In this document: piece by piece, positions 36,770-37,668 of the stretch
Layout of the letters: each line of letters begins with the position of its first letter
How positions within the stretch are numbered: position 1 is the first letter of the stretch
From: Candidatus Thorarchaeota archaeon
GTDB taxonomy: Archaea > Asgardarchaeota > Thorarchaeia > Thorarchaeales > Thorarchaeaceae
Direction: 5' to 3'
NCBI GenBank assembly: GCA_016839445.1
Contig: JAEOUG010000065.1
Coordinates: 1 to 37,668, forward strand
Length of the DNA stretch: 37,668 nt
Notes under the pieces: model-generated
Database searches by the model: none
What the model was told of the DNA's origin: nothing
Seen by the model: only the letters and a program-made list of their open reading frames with translations
Position numbers and translations under genes: made by a program

Positions 36770-37668
36770 ACATCTGCAAGAGCAGCTTCCACGGCCTCCT
36801 GCGTAGCCTCCGTCATTCGCCGCCTGTTGCGGGAGTTCAGGTTAATGTCCAGCGCCATGATTATGACCTGCTCGTCCTGCTCCGATTTGGGAATCAAGCC
36901 CCTTTCCAGATACGCAGCCACAGCCTTAGCCGCTCCTGACTGAACCGGCCCGTAGAATAATGAAGCCTGCCTCATGGACTTGATTGTCCGGATAGGAAAC
37001 ATGAGGCTGCTTGGTCGTACCGCGAGATTAGGCTCTAGAATGACACTGAGTGCCTCATGTCCAACTCTGGGTGTTGTGAGAAGCCTGACGAACGCGAAGC
37101 CGAGTGACTCTGATTTCTTGCCGACAACCAAGGCAACTGAAACAACTTCATTGGAGCTGGATCCTGTACGCAACTCGGACATGTCGGCTTTGACTCCTTG
37201 GTCTGAAAGAGCGCTCATCATGTCGATTTCGGTTTCTAGTGGAGCTGAAGACTTGGGCTTCACGAGTCCAATCTTCTCGAGCTCGACCCGAATCTCATCC
37301 TTGAGTTCTGGCGTCAGTGTGCCTCCAGTGTCAAGAGGCATCCTGCTCTTCCCGCCTTTGATACCGAGCATCTTCAAGGCTGCCTTCACTGGAGGAGCTC
37401 CGCCATTTCGAGTGACAATCCTAGCAAGGGTCTGCACTGATAGCTGAAGCTCCGCTGCTCGCTTCATGTCACCGGCCCTAACCTTCTCCATGATCTCAAG
37501 CCAGATGTGTGGTATCACGTTGCCAGAGGCAAGAATCGCAGCCTTGGCTCCCGCTGCGACAGCAGAGAGGAAGCACTCGTCATGTCCTATGATCACAGGA
37601 ATCTTACCTTCGAGCTTCTGAATCAGCTCGACCGTGTGTCCTATGTTGCCGCTGCTATCCTTGATTCC
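36760..37668 (-). CDS. Second DapA-family aldolase-Fae fusion (5' end outside window)
   Basis: Frame open to the window end: GIKDSSGNIGH...IIGHDE; C-terminus GHEALSVILEPNLAVRP...FYGPVQSGAAKAV is Fae-like. Confidence 0.8.
   Translation of the reverse strand, partial: GIKDSSGNIGHTVELIQKLEGKIPVIIGHDECFLSAVAAGAKAAILASGNVIPHIWLEIMEKVRAGDMKRAAELQLSVQTLARIVTRNGGAPPVKAALKMLGIKGGKSRMPLDTGGTLTPELKDEIRVELEKIGLVKPKSSAPLETEIDMMSALSDQGVKADMSELRTGSSSNEVVSVALVVGKKSESLGFAFVRLLTTPRVGHEALSVILEPNLAVRPSSLMFPIRTIKSMRQASLFYGPVQSGAAKAVAAYLERGLIPKSEQDEQVIIMALDINLNSRNRRRMTEATQEAVEAALADVWG

Overview
Gene-dense archaeal DNA, most likely from an Asgard archaeon (Thorarchaeia-like; inferred from an archaeal histone, eS25, archaeal GltX and ThiI, an ESCRT-II-like gene and a longin-GTPase). 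The first 10 kb is one uninterrupted minus-strand ORF of more than 3,350 codons that the ORF track omits because it runs off the window. It encodes a giant secreted or surface protein with two DUF2341/LamG-like modules and Ig-like repeats. Housekeeping and metabolic genes follow: deacetylase, histone, thiI, anchored alkaline phosphatase, hydantoinase/oxoprolinase A+B, gltX, GlmU-like transferase, AlaX, larB and an M20 peptidase. Three things stand out. (1) A 21.5-28 kb cluster of eukaryote-like trafficking modules: a 786-aa protein ending in a Vps22/SNF8-like ESCRT-II module, divergent from a Zn-finger gene, a longin-like/tandem winged-helix protein overlapping a longin-Arf-like GTPase, a Zn-finger membrane protein and a coiled-coil/Pro-Glu/hairpin protein. 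(2) Ribosomal protein eS25 fused to a Lys/Pro/Glu repeat linker and a helix-hairpin-helix domain, apparently starting at a non-canonical ATC. (3) Two tandem DapA-family aldolase/Fae fusions whose Fae halves keep complementary motifs, suggesting an undescribed formaldehyde-linked aldolase system. An unannotated 56-aa ORF and a candidate C/D-box sRNA lie in the 34.5-35.3 kb gap. I saw no tRNA, rRNA, CRISPR array or mobile element. All family calls come from motif recognition by eye, not database searches.
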